Assembly (NCBI GenBank): GCA_964581775.1
Contig: CAZOQA010000005.1
Span: 52-64,051, forward strand
From: an uncultured Thermoplasmatales archaeon
GTDB taxonomy: Archaea > Thermoplasmatota > SW-10-69-26
Length of the DNA stretch: 64,000 nt
Direction: 5' to 3'
The notes under the pieces: generated by a model
Database searches by the model: none
What the model saw: the letters and a program-made list of their open reading frames with translations, nothing else
Told to the model about the DNA's origin: nothing
Made by a program: the position numbers and the translations under genes
Part shown: positions 1 through 9,354 of the stretch, in pieces
Numbering within the stretch: the first letter of the stretch is position 1
Layout of the letters: the number at the start of each line of letters is the position of its first letter

Positions 1-40
1 CGAGGAGGTTCCGCTCCCACCTGGCACAGGACATCCAGGA

Positions 41-1570
41 GTGTCATTCTCTCAAAGGATCACGCCAGAACGACTATGTATCCACGGGCCGCCTGACCAG
101 GCGATCGGGAGCATGGAGGTCCGGAACGGCGGGAGACAAGGCACAACATCGCGTCTACCGGGGAGCGTTTTGACCGTTGGAACGATGATCTTCATTCTCC
201 TTGGACTCGGCTGCATCTCTGCGCCACCGACCGACTCGACTTTCCCTGAACCCAAGCTTGGTGAGGAGTTCGTGTACGAGCGGGAGGACGGCACGCAGAT
301 GACGGTCGAAGTGGTGGGGGAACAGCCACGGTACGATACATTCCTCGAGCCTCAACCGTCTTTGGTCTTCAATTGGGCCATCGCCGGGCTCCCTAACTTC
401 GACTCTGTTCTCCGGTTCCAAGAGGCCGTGGATTCGCAAGGCCGGGTCGTCCAGCACCTGGCATGGTGCGGGGGCACTCTCATCCAGCCTGACGGGCGCA
501 GAGAGTGCACGGAAGGGCCCGGGTCGGTGGCCTTCGATGCGGCGGGATACCCGGGTGCGTTCGGGGCTGGCCCGTTCTGGGGGTCGAGCCTTCCCTTGGA
601 GGAGGATGCGCCTCGAGAGGCCCCGTTCTTCTCCACGAACGGGAGCGTAGAGGTCTCCCTTGAGCGCCTCGACTGGGACGTGAGCGAGTGCGTCGAGGTT
701 CGCAGCCAGCCCTGGGAGCAGGTTGTCTACGCTCCCCCGTTGGAGTTCGCAACGCTCGGCGGTCCGGTCACGCTCTGCGAGGATTATGCGCTTCCCGTCG
801 AGTTCACGACGGCACGAGGGGGAACCTGGACCCTCCAGAACGTCACCCGCCCGCCCCAGGCACCCACCCAGGGCTCGGAGGATCAAAGCGTCCAGCGGTT
901 CGGCCCGCTTGAGACACGCAGGGCCAAGACGCCTTTGGTCGTTGCCGACGAGACGGATCCGTCCGCCTTCGACGTCGAGGCGGCTCACGAGGAGGCTCTC
1001 CGATGGAGCGACGCGTATCGTTCGTTGTTCGAAGAGGGGGACCCGCTTGTCGTGGGCACCGACTACCGCAAGGAGGGGGTCGAGGTGGGCCTGGTTGATA
1101 TGGAAGGGGACCGGCGGACGCTGTTCGCGGTCGCGGAGAACGGAACGTGGGTCGAGGTCGTCGTGCACCGGGGCAGGGTTTCCGAAGCCGCGGCGACCTA
1201 CGAGGTCGAGGAGGAGGGGTCGGGAACGATGGAGGACCCTCCCACGAGGGAGACGCTTTCGAGCGAGCAGGTAAAGCTCGAGGCTGCCATCGAGCGGGGG
1301 GAGTTGTTGACGGGGCAACCCCGAACCGATATAGACTGGATCCGGATGTACGCGCGGACCTTCAGCCATTCATGGGCTGCCGATGGAGCGGTTCACTCCC
1401 AGGCGGGTCCCTTCGTCCGAAGCCTTCACGAAGACCCCGACCCCCAGGGAGGCGGAGGGTTGATCGTGATGGTCCCGTATACTGCCTTGATCGAAGGCCC
1501 GACCGGTGCCGTGGTTCACACGGATGTGGGGTGGGATCGGTTGCCGTTGTATGAGAGCATTGGAGGCTAG
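41..1570 (+). CDS. Hypothetical secreted lipoprotein (real start probably 170 or 185)
   Basis: 509-aa ORF; hydrophobic stretch ending in lipobox-like LLGLGC, followed by an acidic soluble region; no family recognised. Confidence 0.7.
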   Translation: MSFSQRITPERLCIHGPPDQAIGSMEVRNGGRQGTTSRLPGSVLTVGTMIFILLGLGCISAPPTDSTFPEPKLGEEFVYEREDGTQMTVEVVGEQPRYDTFLEPQPSLVFNWAIAGLPNFDSVLRFQEAVDSQGRVVQHLAWCGGTLIQPDGRRECTEGPGSVAFDAAGYPGAFGAGPFWGSSLPLEEDAPREAPFFSTNGSVEVSLERLDWDVSECVEVRSQPWEQVVYAPPLEFATLGGPVTLCEDYALPVEFTTARGGTWTLQNVTRPPQAPTQGSEDQSVQRFGPLETRRAKTPLVVADETDPSAFDVEAAHEEALRWSDAYRSLFEEGDPLVVGTDYRKEGVEVGLVDMEGDRRTLFAVAENGTWVEVVVHRGRVSEAAATYEVEEEGSGTMEDPPTRETLSSEQVKLEAAIERGELLTGQPRTDIDWIRMYARTFSHSWAADGAVHSQAGPFVRSLHEDPDPQGGGGLIVMVPYTALIEGPTGAVVHTDVGWDRLPLYESIGG

Positions 1571-1574
1571 AACG

Positions 1575-2234
1575 ATGCAGGGTTCAGCGCTCTTTTGGTG
1601 GACCGGCTTGGTGGTTGGGGTCCTTGTCGTCGTATCGTGCGGGGTCCAGGCGCAGGAGGCGGAGTCGCGGTTGTGGTTCGAGGGGGAGCCTGAGGAGGAT
1701 CTCGAGGTCGAGATTAACAGGACTCATGACGAGTTCCAGGTCTATCTCACGTATGAGGTCGAGGGCGCCATTTGTTCGCCTGGTTTCTTTACAGAGATCC
1801 CCTTGAGTCGCGAAGCTGCGAAGGGGCTTTTCGTCTATCGGAGGCCGGTATCTGTCATCGCCTTCCTGGATCAGCCTACGACGGAGGGGACGTACGAGCA
1901 GCGTGAGACCGTCGATGTCAGCATCTCGGCTACCGACGATGCATCTCCAGGGGACAGGCTGGGTTTCGCGATCCATGCTCGGGCTCCTGCGGTTTCGCCC
2001 CCGACCTGCCAGCCAGGCGTCCCTGAGGCCGTGGCCGTCATCGAGGGGAACGTGACCGTGGGGGCCGGTGATCGAAAAGTCAAGGCTGACGGCCAGGGCG
2101 GGGAGGATGTGCCTGAGATCTTGATCGACGAGCAAGAGGGGTCCGTTGTTCCCGCCCCTTCCGTCGTGACCGTCTTGGTCATCGGAACCGGCCTTGCCCT
2201 GAAGCAAGCAGGTCCCGCGTCCCGGAGGGGATGA
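1575..2234 (+). CDS. Secreted protein with N-terminal signal peptide and C-terminal VPAPS-TM-RRG anchor
   Basis: ATG at 1575 just after the upstream stop; signal peptide MQGSALFWW...VQA; Ig-like beta-rich core; C-terminus VVPAPSVVTVLVIGTGLALKQAGPASRRG. Confidence 0.7.
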   Translation: MQGSALFWWTGLVVGVLVVVSCGVQAQEAESRLWFEGEPEEDLEVEINRTHDEFQVYLTYEVEGAICSPGFFTEIPLSREAAKGLFVYRRPVSVIAFLDQPTTEGTYEQRETVDVSISATDDASPGDRLGFAIHARAPAVSPPTCQPGVPEAVAVIEGNVTVGAGDRKVKADGQGGEDVPEILIDEQEGSVVPAPSVVTVLVIGTGLALKQAGPASRRG

Positions 2235-2247
2235 GGGAGAGGCGACT

Positions 2248-2811
2248 CTAAGACCAGGTTCCCTGGAACACGCATCCGTTCTCGCCGGCGTGCGTGTCCT
2301 CGCGCACGGTGACCTCGTCCGCGCCGGTGCGCTCGATCAATCCCTCGAAGAGGCCCTCGAGGGTCCGGCAGAAGTGCGGGTGGGTGTCGAACCCGTGGAT
2401 GCGCAACCGAGCAGAGCCTTTGCTCACGTCGAGGACCTCGATGTCGCCGAAGTCGGCGTACGTGCCCCAAAGGGTGCGGGCTCGCTTGAGCAGGCGCTTG
2501 GGGGAGGCGAACCGGAGCATGAGGCCGGCGCCGGGGATCACGTCTTCCACGTTCATGGCTGCGTCGTACCCGATCTCGCGCAGCGTGGCCTCGTCGGCGT
2601 CGGTGAGCTGGGCGACCTCCTCGAGGACGGTGGTGTGCACGCTGTAGCGGACCTTCCCGGTCTTGGAGACCTGGTCCCGTTGCAGGGTAGGTCCGTCCGT
2701 GCCGGAGAGGCGGTCGAAGAGCCGGTCCACGGTGGCTGGGCCTTGTCGTTGTTCGAGCCAGGAGACGACAAGGGCCGTGCTTGCACCGGTGAGGGTTCCC
2801 GTGGCGCCCAT
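2248..2811 (-). CDS. Stand-alone V4R/HNOB-like (DUF2378-like) ligand-binding protein
   Basis: C-terminal FCRTLEGLFEGLIERTG...REDTHAGENGCVFQGTW resembles a V4R domain; start trimmed to MGATG. Confidence 0.55.
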   Translation of the reverse strand: MGATGTLTGASTALVVSWLEQRQGPATVDRLFDRLSGTDGPTLQRDQVSKTGKVRYSVHTTVLEEVAQLTDADEATLREIGYDAAMNVEDVIPGAGLMLRFASPKRLLKRARTLWGTYADFGDIEVLDVSKGSARLRIHGFDTHPHFCRTLEGLFEGLIERTGADEVTVREDTHAGENGCVFQGTWS

Positions 2812-3007
2812 GGGACCCCCTCGGTCCGGAAGGCAGCCCTTAACCGTTACCGAACGCACCTCGCTTATCGACGAAGCTTCCCGGCGCGAGGGTTCGGCGC
2901 GCGTCACGGGGCCTTGACGGTGGAAAGGCCCCGCCTAAGCCCTGGGAGCCGTTGTTCCGGTCCCCTCCTGCCTCAAGGTTCCCAAGGCCTCGGCCCTCCT
3001 CGCGGCC

Positions 3008-3286
3008 ATGGACGCTGTGCAAGCGACCAGCCTCGCCGAGTGCATCGAGCACCGTCTCGGGGCGACCGAGTCGGGGCGCGTAGAGGCCTTCGCTATCCCC
3101 CGGCGGAAAGCCTCCACGCGCCGCTCGACGCGATGGTGCTTTCTGATCGTCACGAACCTGCCCGAGGACCACGTCCGGGACACGCTTCGGGAGATGACGC
3201 TCGAGGTCACCGAGCGACGAGGACCGTTCCTCGTCTTCGTGGCCTGGCCGGACCAATCCAGACGCTTATACGGGGCCACGACGTAA
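3008..3286 (+). CDS. Hypothetical protein (92 aa)
   Basis: Fills the gap between flanking genes in operon-like spacing. Confidence 0.5.
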   Translation: MDAVQATSLAECIEHRLGATESGRVEAFAIPRRKASTRRSTRWCFLIVTNLPEDHVRDTLREMTLEVTERRGPFLVFVAWPDQSRRLYGATT

Positions 3287-3293
3287 CTAGGGG

Positions 3294-3575
3294 GTGATGG
3301 GCGCAATCACGAAGCGGATCACGGGAGTCTTCGACGCCCTCGCGACGGGCTTCACGGTGGGAGAACGGTTGTCCAAGGGCGAGAACCTCCAAGCCGTGGG
3401 CCTGGGCTTGGCCCTCGCCGCCCCGCTTTTGTGGCGCCGACGCTACTGGTCCCTGGCCGGAGCCCTCGGCATGGCGGCTGTCGCGTACCTGTTCTGGGAA
3501 GAGTTCCACGAGCAGGAGCCCGTGCTTGAGGAGGAACCCGCCCCCTCCGCCCCGGCCGATCCTCGCGTGAACTAA
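3294..3575 (+). CDS. Small membrane protein
   Basis: GGGGTG ribosome-binding site upstream; two hydrophobic segments and an acidic tail. Confidence 0.6.
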   Translation: MMGAITKRITGVFDALATGFTVGERLSKGENLQAVGLGLALAAPLLWRRRYWSLAGALGMAAVAYLFWEEFHEQEPVLEEEPAPSAPADPRVN

Positions 3576-3742
3576 GCTCGCTTCCCGAGCAGCGCGGCCC
3601 CCTGGGCGTAACCGGAAGACTATTCGTGAGAAGCGCATCCATGCTGCAGATGCCTACAAAACGCCCGAGTCAACGACCCGGACGAGGCCTGATGAGCGCT
3701 CGGGCCCCCCCGAGAACACGCGAACACTGAGGAGGCAACCAG

Positions 3743-4852
3743 ATGCCCATCGAAACGGCCTACGAACCTCCGACGATCGAGAAAGTACAGGTCCTCGACA
3801 AGGACGGGAACGTGGACGAGGAGCTGGAACCCAAGATCCCGGAGGACGATCTCTTCCAACTGTACCGGACCATGGTCAAAAGCCGGCTCTACGACGACCG
3901 CCGGCTCAAGCTGCAACGCCAGGGTCGCATCGGCACATTCGCCCCCAGCCAAGGCCAGGAAGCCGCCCAGCTGGGAAGCGCGTACGCGCTCAACGACGAC
4001 GACTGGATGGTGCAAAGCTACCGCGAGCTCACAGCGAACCTCTGGAGAGGCGCCAGCCTCGCGGACGATCTGCTCTACGCGGCCGGGTACGAGCAAGGCA
4101 TGCAGCTGTCCCCCGAGGACCACCAGACCCCCATCTCGATCCCCATCGCCAGCCAGATCTGCCACGCCACCGGGATCGCGTGGGCCTCGCGGCTCAAAGG
4201 CGAGGACAAGGTCTCGATGGTGTACTTCGGGGACGGATCCACGAGCGAGGGCGACTTCCACGAAGGCCTGAACTTCGCGGGCGTCTTCGATGCACCCGTC
4301 GTCTTCCTCAACCAGAACAACCAGTGGGCGATCAGCGTACCCCGCGAGCGGCAAACCCGCTCCGAGACGATCGCCCAGAAGGCCCTCGCCTACGGGATCG
4401 ACGGGATCCAGGTGGACGGGAACGACATCCTCGGCGTCTACCACGTGACCCAGCAAGCCGTCGAGCGAGCCCGGCGCGAGCACAAGCCTCGCATGATCGA
4501 GGCCCTCACGTACCGCATGGGCATGCACACCACCGCGGACGACCCCACCAAGTACAGGACCGAAGACGAGGTCGATCCCTGGAGGAAGAAGGACCCGATC
4601 AACCGGTTCCAGATCTACCTCGAGGACCGTGGCGTGCTCGACGAAGGCGACCACGATTCCCTCAAAGAGGAGATCGAGCAAGAGATCAGCGACGCCGTCG
4701 AAGCGTTCGAGGAGAGGGCGGACGAGCTAGGCGACCCGGTCGACATGTTCGCTCACCACTACGACGAGATGCCCGCCTACCTCGAGAAGCAGAAGGACGA
4801 GTTCACCGACTACTGGCGCCGCCACGACGTGTGGGGTGATCACCATGGCTGA
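3743..4852 (+). CDS. pdhA: Pyruvate/branched-chain 2-oxoacid dehydrogenase E1 alpha subunit
   Basis: TPP-binding motif GDGSTSEGDFHEGLNFA...NNQWAIS; YRMGMHTTADDP; GGAGG RBS. Confidence 0.95.
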   Translation: MPIETAYEPPTIEKVQVLDKDGNVDEELEPKIPEDDLFQLYRTMVKSRLYDDRRLKLQRQGRIGTFAPSQGQEAAQLGSAYALNDDDWMVQSYRELTANLWRGASLADDLLYAAGYEQGMQLSPEDHQTPISIPIASQICHATGIAWASRLKGEDKVSMVYFGDGSTSEGDFHEGLNFAGVFDAPVVFLNQNNQWAISVPRERQTRSETIAQKALAYGIDGIQVDGNDILGVYHVTQQAVERARREHKPRMIEALTYRMGMHTTADDPTKYRTEDEVDPWRKKDPINRFQIYLEDRGVLDEGDHDSLKEEIEQEISDAVEAFEERADELGDPVDMFAHHYDEMPAYLEKQKDEFTDYWRRHDVWGDHHG

Positions 4853-5876
4853 AGCCCAAACCGCCGTCCAGGAATCCCACGAGACCGAGGAGCTCACGAT
4901 GGTCGAAGCCATCGTGACCGCGCACGACCAAGAGCTCGCCCGCGACGACCGGGTCATGGTCCTGGGCGAGGACGTGGGCGAAGACGGGGGCATCTTCCGC
5001 GCCACGGACGGCCTCATCGACAAGCACGGGCCCGACCGCGTCGTAGACACGCCCCTGGCCGAGACCGGCATCATCGGCGTCTCCATCGGCCTGGCCATGA
5101 ACGGGATGATCCCCGTGCCGGAGCTGCAGTTCAGCGGGTTCAGCTACCAGTCCTTCCACCAGATCGAATCCCACGCGGCCCGGCTTCGGAAACGCACGCA
5201 GGGCGGGTACAACGTGCCCATGACGATCCGCATGCCCTACGGGGCCGGCGTGCGCGCGCTCGAGCACCACAGCGAGTCCCGGGAGACGTACTGGAACCAC
5301 ACGCCGGGGCTCAAGACCGTGATCCCGCGAAGCCCCTACCACACATGGGCCTACCTCAAGGCGAGCATCCGCGACCCGGATCCGGTGGTCTTCCTGGAGC
5401 CCAAAGCGCTGTACCGCAAGTTCCGCGAGCCCGTGCCCACGGAGGACGTGGACACGAGCGAGCTGCCTGAGATCGGGCATGCCGAGGTCCTCCAAGAAGG
5501 CGACGATGTGACCGTGGTCGCGTTCGGGCACATGCTCTACCGGACCCGGCAAGCCGTGCAGGAGCTCGAGAACGAGGAAGGCCTCAGCGCGACGGTCATC
5601 GACCTGCCCACGGTCTCACCGCTGGACAGCGAGACGATCGTGGACTCGGTCAAGAAGACCGGACGATGTGTCGTCGTGCAAGAGGCCCACCGGTCGTTGG
5701 GCATCGCGAGCGAGATCAGCGCCCGGCTGATGGACGAGGCCATCCTGCACTTGGAGGCGCCCGTCAAGCGCGTGACCGCGCCAGACGTGATCGTTCCGCT
5801 TTTGGCGCGCGAGCAGTGCTACATGCCGGATGTGCCGCGCATCAAGGAAGGGATCCAGGAGACCGTCGGGTTCTAG
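4845..5876 (+). CDS. pdhB: 2-oxoacid dehydrogenase E1 beta subunit
   Basis: LGEDVG..GGIFRAT, DTPLAE.GI.G, EHHSES; overlaps the pdhA stop. Confidence 0.95.
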   Translation: MAEAQTAVQESHETEELTMVEAIVTAHDQELARDDRVMVLGEDVGEDGGIFRATDGLIDKHGPDRVVDTPLAETGIIGVSIGLAMNGMIPVPELQFSGFSYQSFHQIESHAARLRKRTQGGYNVPMTIRMPYGAGVRALEHHSESRETYWNHTPGLKTVIPRSPYHTWAYLKASIRDPDPVVFLEPKALYRKFREPVPTEDVDTSELPEIGHAEVLQEGDDVTVVAFGHMLYRTRQAVQELENEEGLSATVIDLPTVSPLDSETIVDSVKKTGRCVVVQEAHRSLGIASEISARLMDEAILHLEAPVKRVTAPDVIVPLLAREQCYMPDVPRIKEGIQETVGF

Positions 5877-6766
5877 GCGGGATCCGCGGGCCCGCCGTCG
5901 GGCGGGAGGGCCGCGTCGAGCGCGGTCAGCACCATCGCGGCGGCCAAGCGCGCCGTCTGGCCCAGCCGGTTCGTGTTGACCTCGACCACGTCGAGGCCTG
6001 CCAGCTCGTACCGCGAGGCGACGCGTCGTACCATCTCCAGCACCGTGCTCGGGGAGGGGCCGTCCTCTTCGGGGAACGCCACGGCCGGCGCATCCCGGGG
6101 GTCGAAGACGTCCACGTCGAGGCTGAGGTACACGGGCTCGGGCAGGTTCTCCGGGAGCTCGCGGTAGGTGCGGGGGTGCTTGATGGTGTGCTCGGCTTCG
6201 CCGCGTAGCGTGCGGAGCAGGGGGAGCGCGACCGTGCAGTCGAGCTCGTCTCGGGCGTGGTAGAGCCAGGTGCTGTGAGCGATGGTTCGACCGTTGGTCT
6301 CTTTCCAGAGGTCCGAGTGCGCGTCCAGGGACACGATGGTGGCGGGTTCGAGGGCCCGGGCGGCGGGCAGGGAGATCGTGTGCTCGCCGCCGAGCAGGAT
6401 GGGGAGAGCCTGGGGGCAGGTGTCGGTGGCGGCGTCGAGCGCGCCTTGTACGCTTTGGTCGAGGATGGATGTGTCGAGGGGGTCGACGAGCGCGTCCCCG
6501 GCGTCGTGGACCTGGAGGGGCCTGGCCGGCGGAGCGGGTGCTAGGTATGTGAGCGCTGCGCGCAGGAGCTCGGGCCCGTGGCGTTGCATGGGGCGTCGTC
6601 CGCTCGTCCCGTCGAAGGGTACGCCGAGGACGACGGCGTCCGCGTGGGTCGCGCGCCCGGTCTCGAGGCGGGGGACATCGAGCGTGGGCAGGGCTCTTCG
6701 TTCGTCGCGGGGGAGTTGCGCGATGGGCTCGGTGGGGGGTGCGAACCGTGCTTCCCGGGGGTCCAC
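5873..6766 (-). CDS. Arginase/agmatinase family ureohydrolase
   Basis: GGEHT, DAHSD, SLDVDVFDP and DVVEVN metal-ligand motifs intact. Confidence 0.85.
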   Translation of the reverse strand: MDPREARFAPPTEPIAQLPRDERRALPTLDVPRLETGRATHADAVVLGVPFDGTSGRRPMQRHGPELLRAALTYLAPAPPARPLQVHDAGDALVDPLDTSILDQSVQGALDAATDTCPQALPILLGGEHTISLPAARALEPATIVSLDAHSDLWKETNGRTIAHSTWLYHARDELDCTVALPLLRTLRGEAEHTIKHPRTYRELPENLPEPVYLSLDVDVFDPRDAPAVAFPEEDGPSPSTVLEMVRRVASRYELAGLDVVEVNTNRLGQTARLAAAMVLTALDAALPPDGGPADPA

Positions 6767-6819
6767 GCTCGGGCAGGCGGGGGGTCCGTGATGAGGGTTG
6801 CGGGGCCTCGCCTGGGGGG

Positions 6820-9225
6820 TCAGTCGTCGTCGAGCCCGTGCATGGCGACGAGGTCCGGTTCGAAAGGGGCAAGCTCTTTGGGCACGTCGACGCCCTCGAT
6901 GGGGCTTCCCAGCGAGATGCCCTGGTCCTTCTTCTCGGCCCAGACATCGCTGTTGAACTCGGTGACGGCGTCGGTGAGCTTGACCAGGCCTTCATCGGCC
7001 TCGTCGAGGGGGCCTGGGAAGCCTTGCCGGTGGACGTTCTCGCCGTGCAGCGCGTCGTAGAGGCGGTACGTGACGACCGGCGTGAGGGGTGCCAATAGCT
7101 CGATGACGCCCTTGATCACGTCGTGCAGGGTCCGGATGGTGCCCCAGTCGTCGTCGTAGGCGCGGGGCTTGACCATCTCGAGGTAGTGCGGCGCGAACAG
7201 GTTCCACACGAAGTCGCGCAGGTTGTTGGCGGGGCGGAAGAAGTCGAACTCCTCGTACCCGGCCAGGCACTCCTCGCGCAGGCGGTTGAACTCGGCGCGG
7301 ATCCACCGGTTCGCGGGCGCCATCTGTTCCTCGCCCTCGGGCTCGGGCACCTCGAACATGGAGAGGAACCGGGCCACGTTGTAGAGCTTCGTGATGAACT
7401 TGCGGGAGCCTGCGATGCGGTCCTCGCTGATGCGGTAGTCGTCCCCGATGGTGCACTCGCTTGCGATCCAGAAGCGGAACGCGTCCGCGCCGTGCTCTTC
7501 GAGCACCTCTTGAGGCTCGATCACGTTGCCCAGGGACTTGCTCATCTTGCGGCCGTGCTCGTCCATGCCCAGGCCCGTGATCCACACGTGCTCGAACGGT
7601 TCGCTGTCCTCCAAAAGCCGGGACTTGAGCGCGGTGTAGTACAGCCAGGTGCGCACGATGTCTCGGCCTTGGGGCCGGACCGAGCAGGGGAAGTTCTCCT
7701 CGAAGAAGGCCTCCTGCTCGTCGTCGTGCCAGCCGAGGATGAAGAGGTTGGATTGGCTGGAGTCCATCCACGTATCGAAGACCTTCCGTTCGCCCTGGAC
7801 CTCGAGGTCGGGGTTCTCCTCGAGCACCTCGTCCAGGCGGCCGATCTCCTCGCGCGTGGCCCGGTCGTACACGCGCGCGTCCTCGGGCGGGTCCTCCTTC
7901 CAGGGCCGGTAGTAGTCCCCGGCCGGGGGAAGCACCACGCGGTCCGGTTCGTCCTCCTCGACGAGGTACCAGAGGGGGATCTCGGTGTGGTAGTACCGAC
8001 GCCGGGAGACGGGCCAGTCGATGCTGACCGTGTCGATCCAGTCCAACAAGAGCGTGCGGTGCTTGTCGGGGTGGAAGTCCATCTCGTGGGCGACCTCCCG
8101 CAGCTCGTCCAGCACGCCGGTTTGCTCGATGTACCATTCCTTGAGCAGCACGACCTCGACCGGCGCCTGGGAACGCTCGCTGATGGGGAAGGTCTGCTGC
8201 ACCTGCTCGGTGCGCGTGATGCGCCCTCTCGACGCGAGGTCCTCTTTGATCTGCCCGCGAGCCTTTTCGACCTTGAGACCGGCGTAGGGGCCGGCCGCGT
8301 CCGTCATCTCGCCGTTCGTGTCGATGGCCTTGACGGGCTCGAGCTCGAGCTCGCGGAACAGCTGCACGTCGCTTTGATCCCCGTACGAGCACACCATCAT
8401 GGTGCCGGTGCCGAACTCGGGGTCCACGTGCGGGTGGGCGCGAATCTCGACGCTTCGCTCGTAGAAGGGCAGCTGGGCCTGCTCGCCGACGAGATGTTGG
8501 TAGCGGTCGTCGTCGGGGTTCACGAGCACGGCCTGGCAGGCACAGATCAGCTCGGGGCGCGTGGTCGCGATCTCGAGCGTGTCCTGGGTCCCTTGCACGT
8601 TCCATTCCACGTAGACGAGGTCCGCGTGCCGTTCCTCGTGGAAGACCTCGGCGTCCGCGATGGTGGTGCCCAGCTCGGGGTCGTAGTTGTTGGGTCGGAG
8701 CTCCTCGACGATGTGCCCGTTCTGGAAGAGCTCGATGAACCCCGCTTGCGTCATGGCTCGGAACTCGGGGTCGTCGGTCTGGTACTTGTTCTCGAAGTCG
8801 CAGCTCATCGCGACGCGTCGGGCGGTCTCCTCGAGTTCCTCGGTGACCTCGTCGATGGCTGAGCGGCATTCCTCGAGGAAAGCTTCGCGGTCCCAGTCCT
8901 CGAGCTTCTTGCCGCTTTCCTTCTCGACGACCTGCTCGATGTTGATGCCGTTGCGGTCCACGCCCCAGGGGAAAAGGACCTTCTCCCCCATCATGCGCCT
9001 CGAGCGCGCGATCACGTCGATCAGGGAGTACTGCGCCACGGCTCCGATGTGCCAGGTCCCGCTCGGGTAGGGCGGGGGCGTGTCGATGGCGAAGACCTCG
9101 GTCCCCTGTTCCCGGTCTTCGCGCGTGACGTGGTCGACGGGCTCCTCGAGCAGCGTTCCCAGGGTCTCGCGCTCGAGCTCAACGTCCCACGCCTTCTCCT
9201 CGATCGTCGGGGGGCGCCTCGGCAT
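6820..9225 (-). CDS. valS: Valine--tRNA ligase (archaeal type)
   Basis: IDTPPPYPSG.WHIGA (HIGH-like), KMSKS, DTWMDS, QGRDI.RTW. Confidence 0.95.
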   Translation of the reverse strand: MPRRPPTIEEKAWDVELERETLGTLLEEPVDHVTREDREQGTEVFAIDTPPPYPSGTWHIGAVAQYSLIDVIARSRRMMGEKVLFPWGVDRNGINIEQVVEKESGKKLEDWDREAFLEECRSAIDEVTEELEETARRVAMSCDFENKYQTDDPEFRAMTQAGFIELFQNGHIVEELRPNNYDPELGTTIADAEVFHEERHADLVYVEWNVQGTQDTLEIATTRPELICACQAVLVNPDDDRYQHLVGEQAQLPFYERSVEIRAHPHVDPEFGTGTMMVCSYGDQSDVQLFRELELEPVKAIDTNGEMTDAAGPYAGLKVEKARGQIKEDLASRGRITRTEQVQQTFPISERSQAPVEVVLLKEWYIEQTGVLDELREVAHEMDFHPDKHRTLLLDWIDTVSIDWPVSRRRYYHTEIPLWYLVEEDEPDRVVLPPAGDYYRPWKEDPPEDARVYDRATREEIGRLDEVLEENPDLEVQGERKVFDTWMDSSQSNLFILGWHDDEQEAFFEENFPCSVRPQGRDIVRTWLYYTALKSRLLEDSEPFEHVWITGLGMDEHGRKMSKSLGNVIEPQEVLEEHGADAFRFWIASECTIGDDYRISEDRIAGSRKFITKLYNVARFLSMFEVPEPEGEEQMAPANRWIRAEFNRLREECLAGYEEFDFFRPANNLRDFVWNLFAPHYLEMVKPRAYDDDWGTIRTLHDVIKGVIELLAPLTPVVTYRLYDALHGENVHRQGFPGPLDEADEGLVKLTDAVTEFNSDVWAEKKDQGISLGSPIEGVDVPKELAPFEPDLVAMHGLDDD

Positions 9226-9249
9226 CGGCCCCGCGAGGCCGGTGACCCG

Positions 9250-9258
9250 TTATAAAAG
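9250..9258 (-). promoter_or_regulatory. TATA box of valS (leaderless transcript)
   Basis: CTTTTATAA on the minus strand about 24 nt upstream of the ATG at 9225. Confidence 0.6.
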
Positions 9259-9354
9259 TCACCGGTGGTGCGGCCCAGCCCAGAGCACACCGGCGCGGGG
9301 GCGTGCCAGGGACGAACGGCAACGCTTAAACCCCCCGAGGCGTCCCTTGCGCAT

